Notes: generated by a model not told the origin, from the letters alone. 64,000 nt of DNA from Gemmatimonadaceae bacterium (GCA_036675455.1 JAKFFA010000051.1:16958-80957), one strand, 5' to 3'. Positions 1 to 9,131 are shown, numbered from the stretch's first letter. A program made the numbers and translations.

Positions 1-504
1 GAAGAGGAGGGCGACCTCTTTGGCGAGCCCGCTCCGCGTCGCCGTGGGCGCAAGCCGGCTGAGAAGCCGCGCGTGCGCAGCGTCTTCGAAACGGGCGAGC
101 ACGAGGCGGCGATCATTCCGATGGCGCCGGAGAAGCCGGCCGCGCCAGTGACGGCGCCCAAGGTCGCGCCGTCCGGCAACGGCTCGGCCAGCCAGTCGGC
201 GAAGGCCGACGGCAAGCCGGTGGTCTCGAAGGCCAAGAAGCCGGCCAGCAAAGCCTCGGCAGCCAAGAAGCCGACGGCGAAGAAGCCGGCGGCCAAGAAG
301 GCCGCTCCCATGAAGTCGGCGGCGAAGAAGCCGGCCAAGGCCGCGAAGAAGAAGTCCGCAGCTAAGGGCAAGGCGAAGTCCGCGGCGAAGAAGCCGGCCA
401 GGAAGCCGGCGCGAAAGGCCGCCACCCGCTCGGCGCGTAAACCCGCGCGGACGGCCAAGAAGTCGTCGGCTCGCAAGGCGAAGAAGCCGGCCAAGAAGAA
501 GTAG
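1..504 (+). CDS. C-terminal part of a protein with a histone H1-like Lys/Ala/Pro-rich tail (5' end outside the window)
   Basis: Frame 1 is open from base 1 (EEEGDLFGEPAPRRRGRK...) to TAG at 502-504; many KKPA/AAKK repeats. Confidence 0.75.
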   Translation, partial: EEEGDLFGEPAPRRRGRKPAEKPRVRSVFETGEHEAAIIPMAPEKPAAPVTAPKVAPSGNGSASQSAKADGKPVVSKAKKPASKASAAKKPTAKKPAAKKAAPMKSAAKKPAKAAKKKSAAKGKAKSAAKKPARKPARKAATRSARKPARTAKKSSARKAKKPAKKK

Positions 505-554
505 GCGCCAGACCGTACGCTCACGCTCGTATCAGGAACGCGGCCGTACCTGGG

Positions 555-593
555 AAGCCCGGCTGAATCAGGTTCAGCCGGGCTTGTCATTTC
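555..593 (+). terminator. Probable intrinsic terminator
   Basis: AAGCCCGGCTGAA-TCAGG-TTCAGCCGGGCTT is a perfect 13-bp stem; the T-tail is weak. Confidence 0.6.
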
Positions 594-693
594 ACAGGTG
601 GAGTCTTTGCGAATCCCGCAAGTCTCTCGGCCGCGGCCAATCGCGCGCCACGCGCTATCCGGTTGCGACGTTCCGCGCTAATCTTTGCGGACG

Positions 694-1239
694 ATGTCGG
701 AATCGCCTGTCGAACTGCTTCGCGCGCACTCGCGCCACGCACCGTGGAATGCCCGCGGTCTCGCTGCTCATGCCACCGCTCTCGTCGATGCGGCGGGTAT
801 GCGGCCCACCAACACGTCTGCGCGCGCGACGCCCAGCGCGCGCGCGATCCGGTTTTACGTGTCGAACGGATTGCTCGATCATCCCGACGGCAAGGGCACC
901 GCGGCGACGTATCACTACAAGCACCTGCTGCAGTTGCTGGCGATAAAGATCCGGCAGCGTGAAGGGCAGACGCTGGACGTGATCAAGGGCGAGATCGGCG
1001 ACATGCAGGGCGACCAGTTGGAGCGCCGTGTCGCCACTTCCCTTGCACCTGCGCTTGGCGCCGGCGCGGACGAAGCGGTCTCGCGCGATGACGATGCGCC
1101 GGCGGTCTGGCGTCGCGTGACGGTTGCCGACGGCATCGAACTGCACGTGCGCTCGGATTCGGCGGCCGCGCGTGAATCGGTGATGATCGCAATCCGTGAA
1201 TCCGTGCGCGCGGCGCTCGGGCGCGAGGACGTGCGCTAG
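694..1239 (+). CDS. MerR-family winged-HTH DNA-binding protein
   Basis: RAIRFYVSNGLLDHPDGKGTAATYHYKHLLQLLAIK matches the MerR R-x-Y-x3-GLL-x-P pattern; ATG at 694 (alternative TTG at 685). Confidence 0.8.
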   Translation: MSESPVELLRAHSRHAPWNARGLAAHATALVDAAGMRPTNTSARATPSARAIRFYVSNGLLDHPDGKGTAATYHYKHLLQLLAIKIRQREGQTLDVIKGEIGDMQGDQLERRVATSLAPALGAGADEAVSRDDDAPAVWRRVTVADGIELHVRSDSAAARESVMIAIRESVRAALGREDVR

Positions 1240-1297
1240 GCAGGAGTTTTGTCCGGCCCCTTGCCCGGATTCACGTGCGGCACAACATTAGAGCGCG

Positions 1298-2134
1298 ATG
1301 GCCCCTCCTCCTCGGCGACGGCCTCCTTCGCGCACCGTCCTGCTCGACCGCGCGATCGAGGCGCTCCCTCTCTTCCGGCTCTCCGATAGCTCGGAGGACA
1401 GCATCGTCGCCTTCACCACCAACGGCGGCGGCCGCTGGCGCGTCCTGCCCGCGCCCAGTGAACGGCTCCCGGGCACGTTCGATCAAGACGTCTTCGTCGA
1501 ACTCATGCGGCGATTCCACGAGGCCGGCGCGCCCGACGACGGCGTCCTCTCGTTCACGCTGCACGCCTTCCTGCGCTCCATGGGACGGCGCGTGGATGGC
1601 CGCACCTACGAACAACTGCGCGGCGCGCTCGGCCGGCTCGAACGCACCGTGCTCGAGAGCGACGACGCCTGGTTCGATGCGACACTGGGTAAAGCGGTCG
1701 CCGCGCGCTTCACGATCCTCTCCGCCGTCGCCATCGACCGACGACGACTCACGGACCGCGAACAACTCGCGCTCTTCGCATCGCTCGCATCCAACGAACC
1801 CGGCGACGCGCGCGTGACGATCTCCGCGCCCCTACGCGCCAACATCGCGGCCGGCCACACGACGACCATCTCCGCCCCGCGCTACGTCGCCCTCTCGTCC
1901 CCCGTGGCGCGCCGCATATACCGCCTGGTCGAGGCCATACGTCCGGAACAGGGAAGGGAGTGGAGGCCGACCTTGGAACGTCTCGCCGAGACGCTGCCAC
2001 TGTCACAACGGTTCCCCTCCCACCTGCAGCGCGTGCTCCAGCCGGCACACGAGATGCTGGTCGCGGCGGGAATCGTGCGACGGGCGAAGTTCGTGCAGGA
2101 CGGGCGGGTCTGGAGCGTGGTGTACGAGCTCTGA
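1298..2134 (+). CDS. Plasmid-type replication initiator protein A (RPA/RepA-like, winged helix)
   Basis: Motifs LPLFRLS, LPGTFDQDVFVELM, FTLHAFLRSMG...GRTYEQLRGALGRL and YVALSSPVARRIYRL are typical of RPA-family initiators. Confidence 0.7.
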   Translation: MAPPPRRRPPSRTVLLDRAIEALPLFRLSDSSEDSIVAFTTNGGGRWRVLPAPSERLPGTFDQDVFVELMRRFHEAGAPDDGVLSFTLHAFLRSMGRRVDGRTYEQLRGALGRLERTVLESDDAWFDATLGKAVAARFTILSAVAIDRRRLTDREQLALFASLASNEPGDARVTISAPLRANIAAGHTTTISAPRYVALSSPVARRIYRLVEAIRPEQGREWRPTLERLAETLPLSQRFPSHLQRVLQPAHEMLVAAGIVRRAKFVQDGRVWSVVYEL

Positions 2135-2172
2135 CTGACCTCGTCTGCCGGTCAGCGTGGGCGCAGCTCCCC

Positions 2173-2236
2173 GCCTCCCGCACCACCCCCCGCCTCCCGC
2201 ACCACCCCCGGCATCCCACACCACCCCCCGCACTCC
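2173..2236. repeat. 19-bp tandem repeat, 3 copies plus a partial copy, C-rich
   Basis: GCCTCCCGCACCACCCCCC (2173), GCCTCCCGCACCACCCCCG (2192), GCATCCCACACCACCCCCC (2211). Confidence 0.85.
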
Positions 2237-2352
2237 GTACCGCTGGGCGCCCCGCATCGCTCCCCGCATCGCAGTTACCAAGGAACTGCGAGTGGCCCCA
2301 AACGTATTCCCTAGGTACGTTCCGGCGTCCCTCCAAAATAGGTCCAGACCGC

Positions 2353-3951
2353 ATGCCCCGGCCCCGTAAGCTCGCCTTCCTCGGTATCGTTGCGCTGCCC
2401 CTCGCGGTCGGCGCCTTCGTCGTGCAGGAGCAGGCGACGACCTCGAGCGCGCGCCTCTTCGACCAGGTGTTCGCCATTGTCGGCGACCGCTTCGTCGATT
2501 CCATCCCGGCGGGTGATCTTTATGAGAAGGCCGCCCGTGGCCTCGTGACCGAACTCAACGATCCGTACTCCGAGCTGTACACGCCCAAGCAGCTTGAAGC
2601 CTTCAACACCAACACCGGCGGCTTCTACGGTGGCGTCGGCATGCTGATCGAGGACCACGAAGGGTCCATCATGATCAGCAAGGTCTATCCGAACACCCCG
2701 GCCGAAGAGGCCGGCATTCGCGAGGGTGACCGCATCGTCGGCGTCGACACGGCCTCGACGCGGGGCTGGAAACTCGAACAGGTCTCAACCGCCCTCAAGG
2801 GCCGGCCCGGCACCCAGGTGAACGCAAGCTTCCAGCGGCCCGGCGTCCCGAAGCCGTTCGAGGTGGAGTTCACGCGCCGCACGATCCGCATCCCGGCGAT
2901 TCCCTTCGCCCTGATGCTCGAGAACAAGACGGCATACATCCCTGTGCAGCAGTTCAACGAGACCACCACGCGCGAGTTCGAGCGTGAGTTGCGGCGGCTT
3001 GAAGCCGAAGGCGCCACGGGCGTCGTCCTCGACCTGCGGCGCAATACGGGCGGCTTCCTCGAGCAGGCGCTCGACATGACGAACTTCTTCGTGCAGCGCG
3101 GCAAGGAGATCGCGAGCGTGCGCACGCGCGTCGGCCCGCCCGAGCGCTACATCGCCGAGGCGGATCCCATCGCCCCGAGGATCCCACTCGTCATCCTGAC
3201 CGACGGCTACACCGCGTCCGCCTCCGAGATCGTCGCCGGCGCCCTGCAGGACCACGACCGCGCGATCGTCGTCGGCACGACGTCGTTCGGCAAGGGGCTC
3301 GTGCAGTCCGTGTACCGGCTCGACGGCGGCTATGCCATCAAGCTGACGACCGGCAAGTGGTATACGCCGAGCGGCCGCTCCATTCAGAAGGAGCGCAAGC
3401 TCGACGCCTCGGGCGAGCTCGTCGAGGTCACGCCGGACTCGCTCGAGACAGAAGCCTCGGTCAAGGGCCGGCCCGAGTTCCGCTCCGCCGGCGGCCGCGT
3501 GGTCTACGGAGGCGGCGCCATCACGCCCGACGTCATCGTGCCCTACGACACGCTCACGACCGCGGAGCAGAAGCTCGCGCGCGCCTTGGTCCCAAGTTCG
3601 CAGGATGTGTACCTCGTGCTCGACGACTACGCCTTCACGCTCAAGGGCGATGTGAAGCCGGACTTCAAGGTCACCGAGGCGATGCGTGACGAGTTCCTCG
3701 ACCGCCTGGTGGCCAAGGGCGTCGCCGTCGACACCGCGGAATGGGAAGCCGGCGAGTCGTACGTCGACCGCCTGCTGGGCGACCGCATCGCGCGGCGCGC
3801 GTTCGGTGACTCGACGGCCAAGCGCCGCGACGTGCCGGACGACGCGCAGCTGCAGAAGGCGCTCGAGCTCCTGCGCCGCGGCCGCACGACGGCCGAGCTG
3901 CTGGCGCTCGCCGCCAACTCCCAGTCGCCGGCGGCGTCCCGCCCCGACTGA
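2353..3951 (+). CDS. ctpA: S41 family carboxyl-terminal processing protease (PDZ plus catalytic domain)
   Basis: N-terminal signal/TM, LNDPYS, PDZ (GGVGM...GIREGDRIV), DLRRNTGG, TASASEIVAGALQD, SFGKGLVQ; likely start MPRPRK at 2353. Confidence 0.92.
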   Translation: MPRPRKLAFLGIVALPLAVGAFVVQEQATTSSARLFDQVFAIVGDRFVDSIPAGDLYEKAARGLVTELNDPYSELYTPKQLEAFNTNTGGFYGGVGMLIEDHEGSIMISKVYPNTPAEEAGIREGDRIVGVDTASTRGWKLEQVSTALKGRPGTQVNASFQRPGVPKPFEVEFTRRTIRIPAIPFALMLENKTAYIPVQQFNETTTREFERELRRLEAEGATGVVLDLRRNTGGFLEQALDMTNFFVQRGKEIASVRTRVGPPERYIAEADPIAPRIPLVILTDGYTASASEIVAGALQDHDRAIVVGTTSFGKGLVQSVYRLDGGYAIKLTTGKWYTPSGRSIQKERKLDASGELVEVTPDSLETEASVKGRPEFRSAGGRVVYGGGAITPDVIVPYDTLTTAEQKLARALVPSSQDVYLVLDDYAFTLKGDVKPDFKVTEAMRDEFLDRLVAKGVAVDTAEWEAGESYVDRLLGDRIARRAFGDSTAKRRDVPDDAQLQKALELLRRGRTTAELLALAANSQSPAASRPD

Positions 3952-3969
3952 TCACCCGTCGACCGAGTG

Positions 3970-3994
3970 GCCGGGCGGTCGCCCGGCGTTCTTT
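3970..3994 (+). terminator. Possible terminator hairpin
   Basis: GCCGGGCG-GT-CGCCCGGC followed by GTTCTTT. Confidence 0.35.
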
Positions 3995-4031
3995 CACGGT
4001 CGACCCCCTTTATCGACCAGAACACCCGACG

Positions 4032-5099
4032 ATGTCCTCACGCTTCCTGATGGCCGCCGCGCTGCTTGGCGCGGTGGCTTGCGGTCAGTCCGCGCCCGAC
4101 GTCGATCCGACCTTCATCACGCCCGAGGCGGGCGAGGAGCGGTTCGCGAACATCCGTCAGCTCACCTTCGGCGGCGAGAACGCCGAGGCCTACTGGAGCC
4201 AGGACGGCAAGTGGATCACGTTCCAGTCCACGCGCGATGGGCGCGCGTGCGACCAGCAGTATGTCATGCGCGCCGACGGATCCGACCTGCGGCGTGTCTC
4301 GGACGGGCGCGGCAAGACGACCTGCGGCTGGTTCATTCCCGGTACGGACCGGCTGTTCTTCTCGTCGAGCACGGCACACGACGAGGCGTGCCCCGTGCGG
4401 CCCGATCCCTCCAAGGGATACGTGTGGCCGCTGGACAAGTACGACTTCTACACCGTGAATCGTGACGGCACGGACATGCGCCGACTCACGAACTACGATG
4501 TCTACACAGCCGAGGGCGTGCTCTCGCCGGACGGCAAGACGATCGTGTTCACGTCGATGAAGGACGGCGACCTCGACATCTACACGATGAACATCGACGG
4601 CACCGACGTCCGCCGCCTGACGAACACCGTGGGCTACGACGGAGGCCCGTGGTGGTCGCCCGACGGCACGAAGATCGTCTACCGCGCGCACCATCCGGCC
4701 GACTCCGCCGAACTCGCGCAGTACAAGGACCTGCTGGCGCAGGATATGATCCGCCCCAGCAAGGTCGAGCTGTTCGTCATGGACGCCGACGGCTCCAACC
4801 AGCGGCAAATAACGGCCCTTGGGGGCGCGAACTTCGGCCCGTCGTGGAGCCCGGACGGCAAGCGCATCATCTTCTCGTCGAACTTCACGGAGCCGCGCAG
4901 CGGCAACTTCGAGCTCTACCTCGTTGACGCCGACGCGTCCATGGCGGGGGCCGACGCACTCGAGCAGGTCACGACGCATCCGACCTTCGACGGGTTCGCC
5001 ATGTTCAGTCCCGACGGCAACCAGCTCATCTGGGCCTCCAACCGGCACGCCAAGTCGGAAGGCGAGACCAACGTCTTCGTTGCCGACTTCCGCTGGTAG
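4032..5099 (+). CDS. TolB-like PD40/WD40 beta-propeller lipoprotein
   Basis: Lipobox AVAC; repeated WSxDGxxIxFxS propeller blades. Confidence 0.88.
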   Translation: MSSRFLMAAALLGAVACGQSAPDVDPTFITPEAGEERFANIRQLTFGGENAEAYWSQDGKWITFQSTRDGRACDQQYVMRADGSDLRRVSDGRGKTTCGWFIPGTDRLFFSSSTAHDEACPVRPDPSKGYVWPLDKYDFYTVNRDGTDMRRLTNYDVYTAEGVLSPDGKTIVFTSMKDGDLDIYTMNIDGTDVRRLTNTVGYDGGPWWSPDGTKIVYRAHHPADSAELAQYKDLLAQDMIRPSKVELFVMDADGSNQRQITALGGANFGPSWSPDGKRIIFSSNFTEPRSGNFELYLVDADASMAGADALEQVTTHPTFDGFAMFSPDGNQLIWASNRHAKSEGETNVFVADFRW

Positions 5100-5133
5100 A
5101 CGCTAGTATCCGGTCAACCCCGGAGGCGTCCCC

Positions 5134-6168
5134 ATGATGGTGTTCGTCGGAGTGGTGGTCGCGGTGCTCGCTGGATTGACCGCGATGGGCATCAGGATCA
5201 TCGGCCAGGCCGAAGTCATGGTGGTGGAGCGGCTCGGCCGCTTCCACCGCGTGGCCCGGTCCGGGCTCAACGTCATCATCCCGTTCTTCGAGCGCGCCAA
5301 GTCGATCGACGTCCGCTACTTCGAGGCGGATCCGCTGGGCAACAAGAAGATGATTGCGAGCACCATCGCGCGCATCGACCTGCGCGAGCAGGTGCTGAAC
5401 TTCCCGTCGCAGCCGGTCATCACGAAGGACAACGTGACGATCGACATCGACGCGGTGCTGTACTACCGCGTGGCGGACCCGCAGAAGGCCACCTACTCGG
5501 TGCAGAACCTGCCGTACGCCCTCGAGACGCTGACGCGCACCACGCTGCGCAACATCGTGGGCGATATCGAACTCGACCAAACGCTGGCATCGCGCGACAT
5601 GATCAACCGCCGCATGCGCGAGGTGATCGAGGAGGCGTCGATCGGCTGGGGCGTGGACGTCACGCGCGTGGAACTGCAGAGCATCGAGCCGCCCGCCGAT
5701 ATCCAGCAGTCGATGGAACTGCAGATGCGCGCCGAGCGGGAGCGGCGCGCCGCGGTGACCAACGCCGAGGCGTCCAAGCGGGCGGCCATTCTCGAGTCCG
5801 AGGGCCAGAAGGAGGCGCAGATCCGCAAGGCGGAGGGCGAGAAGGGCGCCGCCATTCTGCGCGCCGAGGGCCACGCCGCCGCGCGCCTGGCCATGGCGGA
5901 CGCGGAGGCCGAAGCCGTGCGCCGGATCGCGGCCTCGCTGCCGCCGGGTGAGGCGGCCACCTACCTGCTCGGCCTCAAGTACCTGGAGGCGCTGCCGCAG
6001 ATCGCGCAGGGCAAGGGCACGACGATCTTCCTCCCCAGCGAGGCCACCGGCGTGCTGGGGGCTATTGGCGGCATGAAGGGGCTGCTGCAGGCGGCGTCGG
6101 CGCCGGCGCATACGGCCACGCCAGCCATCCCGGGTGCCGGTCCCTTCCGGCTGCCCGGGGAGAACTAG
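5134..6168 (+). CDS. SPFH/band 7 (QmcA/paraslipin-like) membrane protein
   Basis: N-terminal TM, VVERLGRF, QPVITKDNV, TTLRNIVG, QMRAERERRA; GGAGG RBS. Confidence 0.92.
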   Translation: MMVFVGVVVAVLAGLTAMGIRIIGQAEVMVVERLGRFHRVARSGLNVIIPFFERAKSIDVRYFEADPLGNKKMIASTIARIDLREQVLNFPSQPVITKDNVTIDIDAVLYYRVADPQKATYSVQNLPYALETLTRTTLRNIVGDIELDQTLASRDMINRRMREVIEEASIGWGVDVTRVELQSIEPPADIQQSMELQMRAERERRAAVTNAEASKRAAILESEGQKEAQIRKAEGEKGAAILRAEGHAAARLAMADAEAEAVRRIAASLPPGEAATYLLGLKYLEALPQIAQGKGTTIFLPSEATGVLGAIGGMKGLLQAASAPAHTATPAIPGAGPFRLPGEN

Positions 6169-6404
6169 TGTCCGACGGAGCCGCGAGGCGCATCACGCAC
6201 GAGCGGGCCGAACGCATCGCCAAGGCGCACGCGTGCTCGCGCTGCGCTGAGTACACGTTCCGCAAGCTCACCGTGAAGCCGGCGACGAAGGCGCTGGAGG
6301 ATGAGCTCGGCGTGGTTTGGGTTGCGGTGCGGCTCTGCGGCGTGTGCAAACATGAGGAGGAGATCGGCATCGCCGCGGACGGCGACATCGTCTACGCGAG
6401 CTGA
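6168..6404 (+). CDS. Small zinc-ribbon protein (CxxC...CxxH/C)
   Basis: CSRC and CGVCKH motifs; start overlaps the SPFH stop; high-GC3 codons. Confidence 0.7.
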   Translation: MSDGAARRITHERAERIAKAHACSRCAEYTFRKLTVKPATKALEDELGVVWVAVRLCGVCKHEEEIGIAADGDIVYAS

Positions 6405-6465
6405 CGGCGCGCGCACCACGCTTGGCAGCACCGGCGTGTCGAACGAATCACCACCTGGAGCTCCG

Positions 6466-7443
6466 ATGGCCGTGCTCGACATCCCACGACTGACGCCCGG
6501 CGAGCGCATCCAGCATGAGCTGCTGGTGCGCGGCCGCGAGGACAAGACCACCAAGACCGGCGACCCGTTCGTCGTGCTCAAGCTCGGCAATGCGACGGGC
6601 GAGATGTCGACGAACGTCTGGAAGGAGGACGTGCCGAATGTGCTTGGCATCCGGCCGGGGCAGGTGGTGCAGGTCATCGGCCAGGTGGAGCTGTATCAGG
6701 GCCGTCGCCAACTGAAGCTGACGGGGCCACCACGCGTTGTTACCGATGCCGCCGTGGACATCGACGAGTTCCTGCCGCGGATCTCCGTCAGCACCACCGA
6801 GCTGTGGGCGCGCGTTGATACCTGGCGTGGTGAACTACGCGGTGCGCTTCGCACGGCCATCGACCTGTTCTATGCGGACGATGCGTTCCGGGAGCGGTTC
6901 GCACGCGCGCCCGGCGCCACGCGTGGGCACCACGCGCAGATCGGCGGGCTGCTGCTGCACACGTGTGAGGTGGCCAACATCGCCCGCGCGTCCGCGCAGA
7001 CGATGCGCGGCGACGTGGGGCTCGTCACCGTCGGCGCGCTGCTGCATGACGTCGGCAAGGTCGAGGCGTACTCCGTCGGCGTGGGCGGCTTCGAGAACAC
7101 GCAGGCGGGGCACCTCGTGGGCCACATCGTGCTGGGATCGCTCATGCTGGAGGAACGGATCCGCACCCTGCCGGCCGGCACGCTCGACGAGAGCCAGCGC
7201 CTCGAGCTACATCACTTCATCCAGTCGCATCACGGCATTCCGGAGTTCGGCGCGGCCGTGCGCCCGATGACGCTCGAAGCGGAGATCCTCCATTTCGCCG
7301 ACCAAGCCTCGGCCAAGGGGAACGACTTCAACGAGGCCGTCCGCGATCCTGAGCTGTTTCCGGCCGACGACCTCGAGTTCTCCAGCAAGCGCAGTTGGCG
7401 ACTTGAGCGCCGCGTGTGGCGGCGCACGCACCGGTGGGAGTAG
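6466..7443 (+). CDS. yhaM: YhaM/Cbf1-like 3'-5' exoribonuclease (OB fold plus HD domain)
   Basis: OB fold (KTTKTGDPFVVLKLGNATG), GHHAQIGGLLLHT, LHDVGK, SHHG, EAEILHFAD; GGAG upstream of ATG 6466. Confidence 0.85.
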   Translation: MAVLDIPRLTPGERIQHELLVRGREDKTTKTGDPFVVLKLGNATGEMSTNVWKEDVPNVLGIRPGQVVQVIGQVELYQGRRQLKLTGPPRVVTDAAVDIDEFLPRISVSTTELWARVDTWRGELRGALRTAIDLFYADDAFRERFARAPGATRGHHAQIGGLLLHTCEVANIARASAQTMRGDVGLVTVGALLHDVGKVEAYSVGVGGFENTQAGHLVGHIVLGSLMLEERIRTLPAGTLDESQRLELHHFIQSHHGIPEFGAAVRPMTLEAEILHFADQASAKGNDFNEAVRDPELFPADDLEFSSKRSWRLERRVWRRTHRWE

Positions 7444-7481
7444 AGCGCGAGCCTTGGGACGGCCTCCCGCATCGCGGTTTG

Positions 7482-7513
7482 GTCTGCCGTCTGCCGTCTG
7501 CCATCTGCCGTCT
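7482..7513. repeat. Heptamer tandem repeat (GTCTGCC), about 4.5 copies
   Basis: GTCTGCC GTCTGCC GTCTGCC ATCTGCC GTCT. Confidence 0.9.
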
Positions 7514-7528
7514 CGCTAAGTTCCATAC

Positions 7529-9064
7529 ATGATTACGATCAACCAAGACGACTTCATCCAGAGCGTCGCGGACGCGCTGCAGCACATTTCGTACTACCAT
7601 CCGCTCGACTATATCCGCGCCCTGGGCGAGGCCTACGAGAAGGAGCAGAGCCCCGCCGCGCGCGACGCCATCGCACAGATCCTCACCAACTCGCGCATGT
7701 GCGCCGAGGGTCACCGGCCGATCTGCCAGGACACCGGCATCGTCGTGGTGTTCGTGAAGATCGGCATGAACGTGCGCTGGGACGCCGGTGCCGCGACGCT
7801 TCTTTCGCTGCAGGAGATGGTCAACGAGGGCGTGCGGCGCGCCTACCTGCATCCCGACAATGTGCTGCGCGCATCGATCGTCGCCGACCCGGCGTTCACG
7901 CGCAAGAACACGCGCGACAACACACCGGCCGTGGTGCACGTCGAGCTCGTCCCCGGTGATACCGTCGAGGTAAAGCTCGCGGCCAAGGGCGGCGGCTCGG
8001 AAAACAAGAGCAAGTTCGCCATGCTGAATCCCAACGATTCCATCGTGGACTGGGTCATGAAGACCGTTCCGACCATGGGCGCCGGATGGTGTCCGCCGGG
8101 CATGCTCGGCATCGGCATCGGCGGCACGGCCGACAAGGCCATGCTCATGGCGAAGGAATCGCTCATGGAGCACATCGACATGGCGCAGCTCAAGGCGCGC
8201 GGTCCGCAGAACCGCATCGAGGAGCTGCGCATCGAGTTGCATGACAAGGTGAACGCGCTGGGCATCGGCGCCCAGGGACTGGGCGGGCTCTCGACCGTGC
8301 TCGACGTGAAGATCTTCGACTTCCCGACTCACGCGGCGTCGAAGCCCATTGCGATGATTCCCAACTGCGCGGCCACGCGGCACGCACACTTCACGCTCGA
8401 CGGCTCCGGCGCGGCAAGCCTGCCGGTGCCCAGCATCGCCGACTGGCCCGCCGTGACCTGGCGGCCGGACGCAAACGCGCGACGCGTGGATTTGGACGAG
8501 TTGACGCCGGCCATGGTTGCCTCGTGGAAGGCCGGCGACCGTCTGTTGCTCAGCGGGAAGCTGCTCACCGGTCGTGACGCCGCGCACAAGCGCATCGCTG
8601 ATCTGTACGCGCGCGGCGAAGACCTGCCCGCCGGCGTCGACTTCACCAACCGCGTGATCTATTACGTCGGTCCGGTGGATGCCGTGCGCGATGAGGCCGT
8701 GGGACCGGCCGGCCCGACGACGGCCACGCGCATGGACAAGTTCACCGAGATGATGCTGGCCAAGACGGGACTGGTGGCCATGATCGGGAAGGCGGAGCGC
8801 GGGCCGGAAGGCGTCGCCGCCATCAAGAAGCACCGGGCGGCCTATCTGATGGCGGTCGGTGGTGCGGCGTACCTTGTGTCCAAGGCGATTCGTTCCTCAC
8901 GCGTGGTGGCGTTCGAGGAGCTTGGCATGGAGGCAATCTATGAGTTCGAGGTCGAGGAGATGCCGGTCACGGTAGCCGTGGATGCCGAGGGCGGCAACGT
9001 GCACGAGCGCGGTCCGAAGGAGTGGGAGAAGCGCATTCGCGAGTTGCCCGTGCTAAACGGCTGA
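7529..9064 (+). CDS. fumA: Class I (Fe-S) fumarate hydratase
   Basis: PICQDTG, KGGGSEN, GWCPP, TGRDAAH, GPTTATRMD, GGAAYL motifs. Confidence 0.95.
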   Translation: MITINQDDFIQSVADALQHISYYHPLDYIRALGEAYEKEQSPAARDAIAQILTNSRMCAEGHRPICQDTGIVVVFVKIGMNVRWDAGAATLLSLQEMVNEGVRRAYLHPDNVLRASIVADPAFTRKNTRDNTPAVVHVELVPGDTVEVKLAAKGGGSENKSKFAMLNPNDSIVDWVMKTVPTMGAGWCPPGMLGIGIGGTADKAMLMAKESLMEHIDMAQLKARGPQNRIEELRIELHDKVNALGIGAQGLGGLSTVLDVKIFDFPTHAASKPIAMIPNCAATRHAHFTLDGSGAASLPVPSIADWPAVTWRPDANARRVDLDELTPAMVASWKAGDRLLLSGKLLTGRDAAHKRIADLYARGEDLPAGVDFTNRVIYYVGPVDAVRDEAVGPAGPTTATRMDKFTEMMLAKTGLVAMIGKAERGPEGVAAIKKHRAAYLMAVGGAAYLVSKAIRSSRVVAFEELGMEAIYEFEVEEMPVTVAVDAEGGNVHERGPKEWEKRIRELPVLNG

Positions 9065-9131
9065 GCGGCCCGTGGTGCATGCACCGGCCGAGCTGGCCAT
9101 GTTTGACCGCCCACAAAGCCCGGAGAGAATC

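Noticed and set aside
694-2134. Prophage, ICE or integrated plasmid around repA
   Set aside because: No integrase, att-like flanking repeats, transfer or phage genes, and no GC shift within the window; sequence to the left of the window is unseen.
1960-2352. N-terminal extensions of ORF-track calls (ctpA from 1960; likewise yhaM 6301, argD 18852, hisC 32646, hisB 35064, hisF 35453, DLH 48932, nif3 59038, ATPase 59799)
   Set aside because: The extensions overlap neighbouring genes or repeats; downstream starts with an RBS, signal peptide or stop-start overlap fit better.
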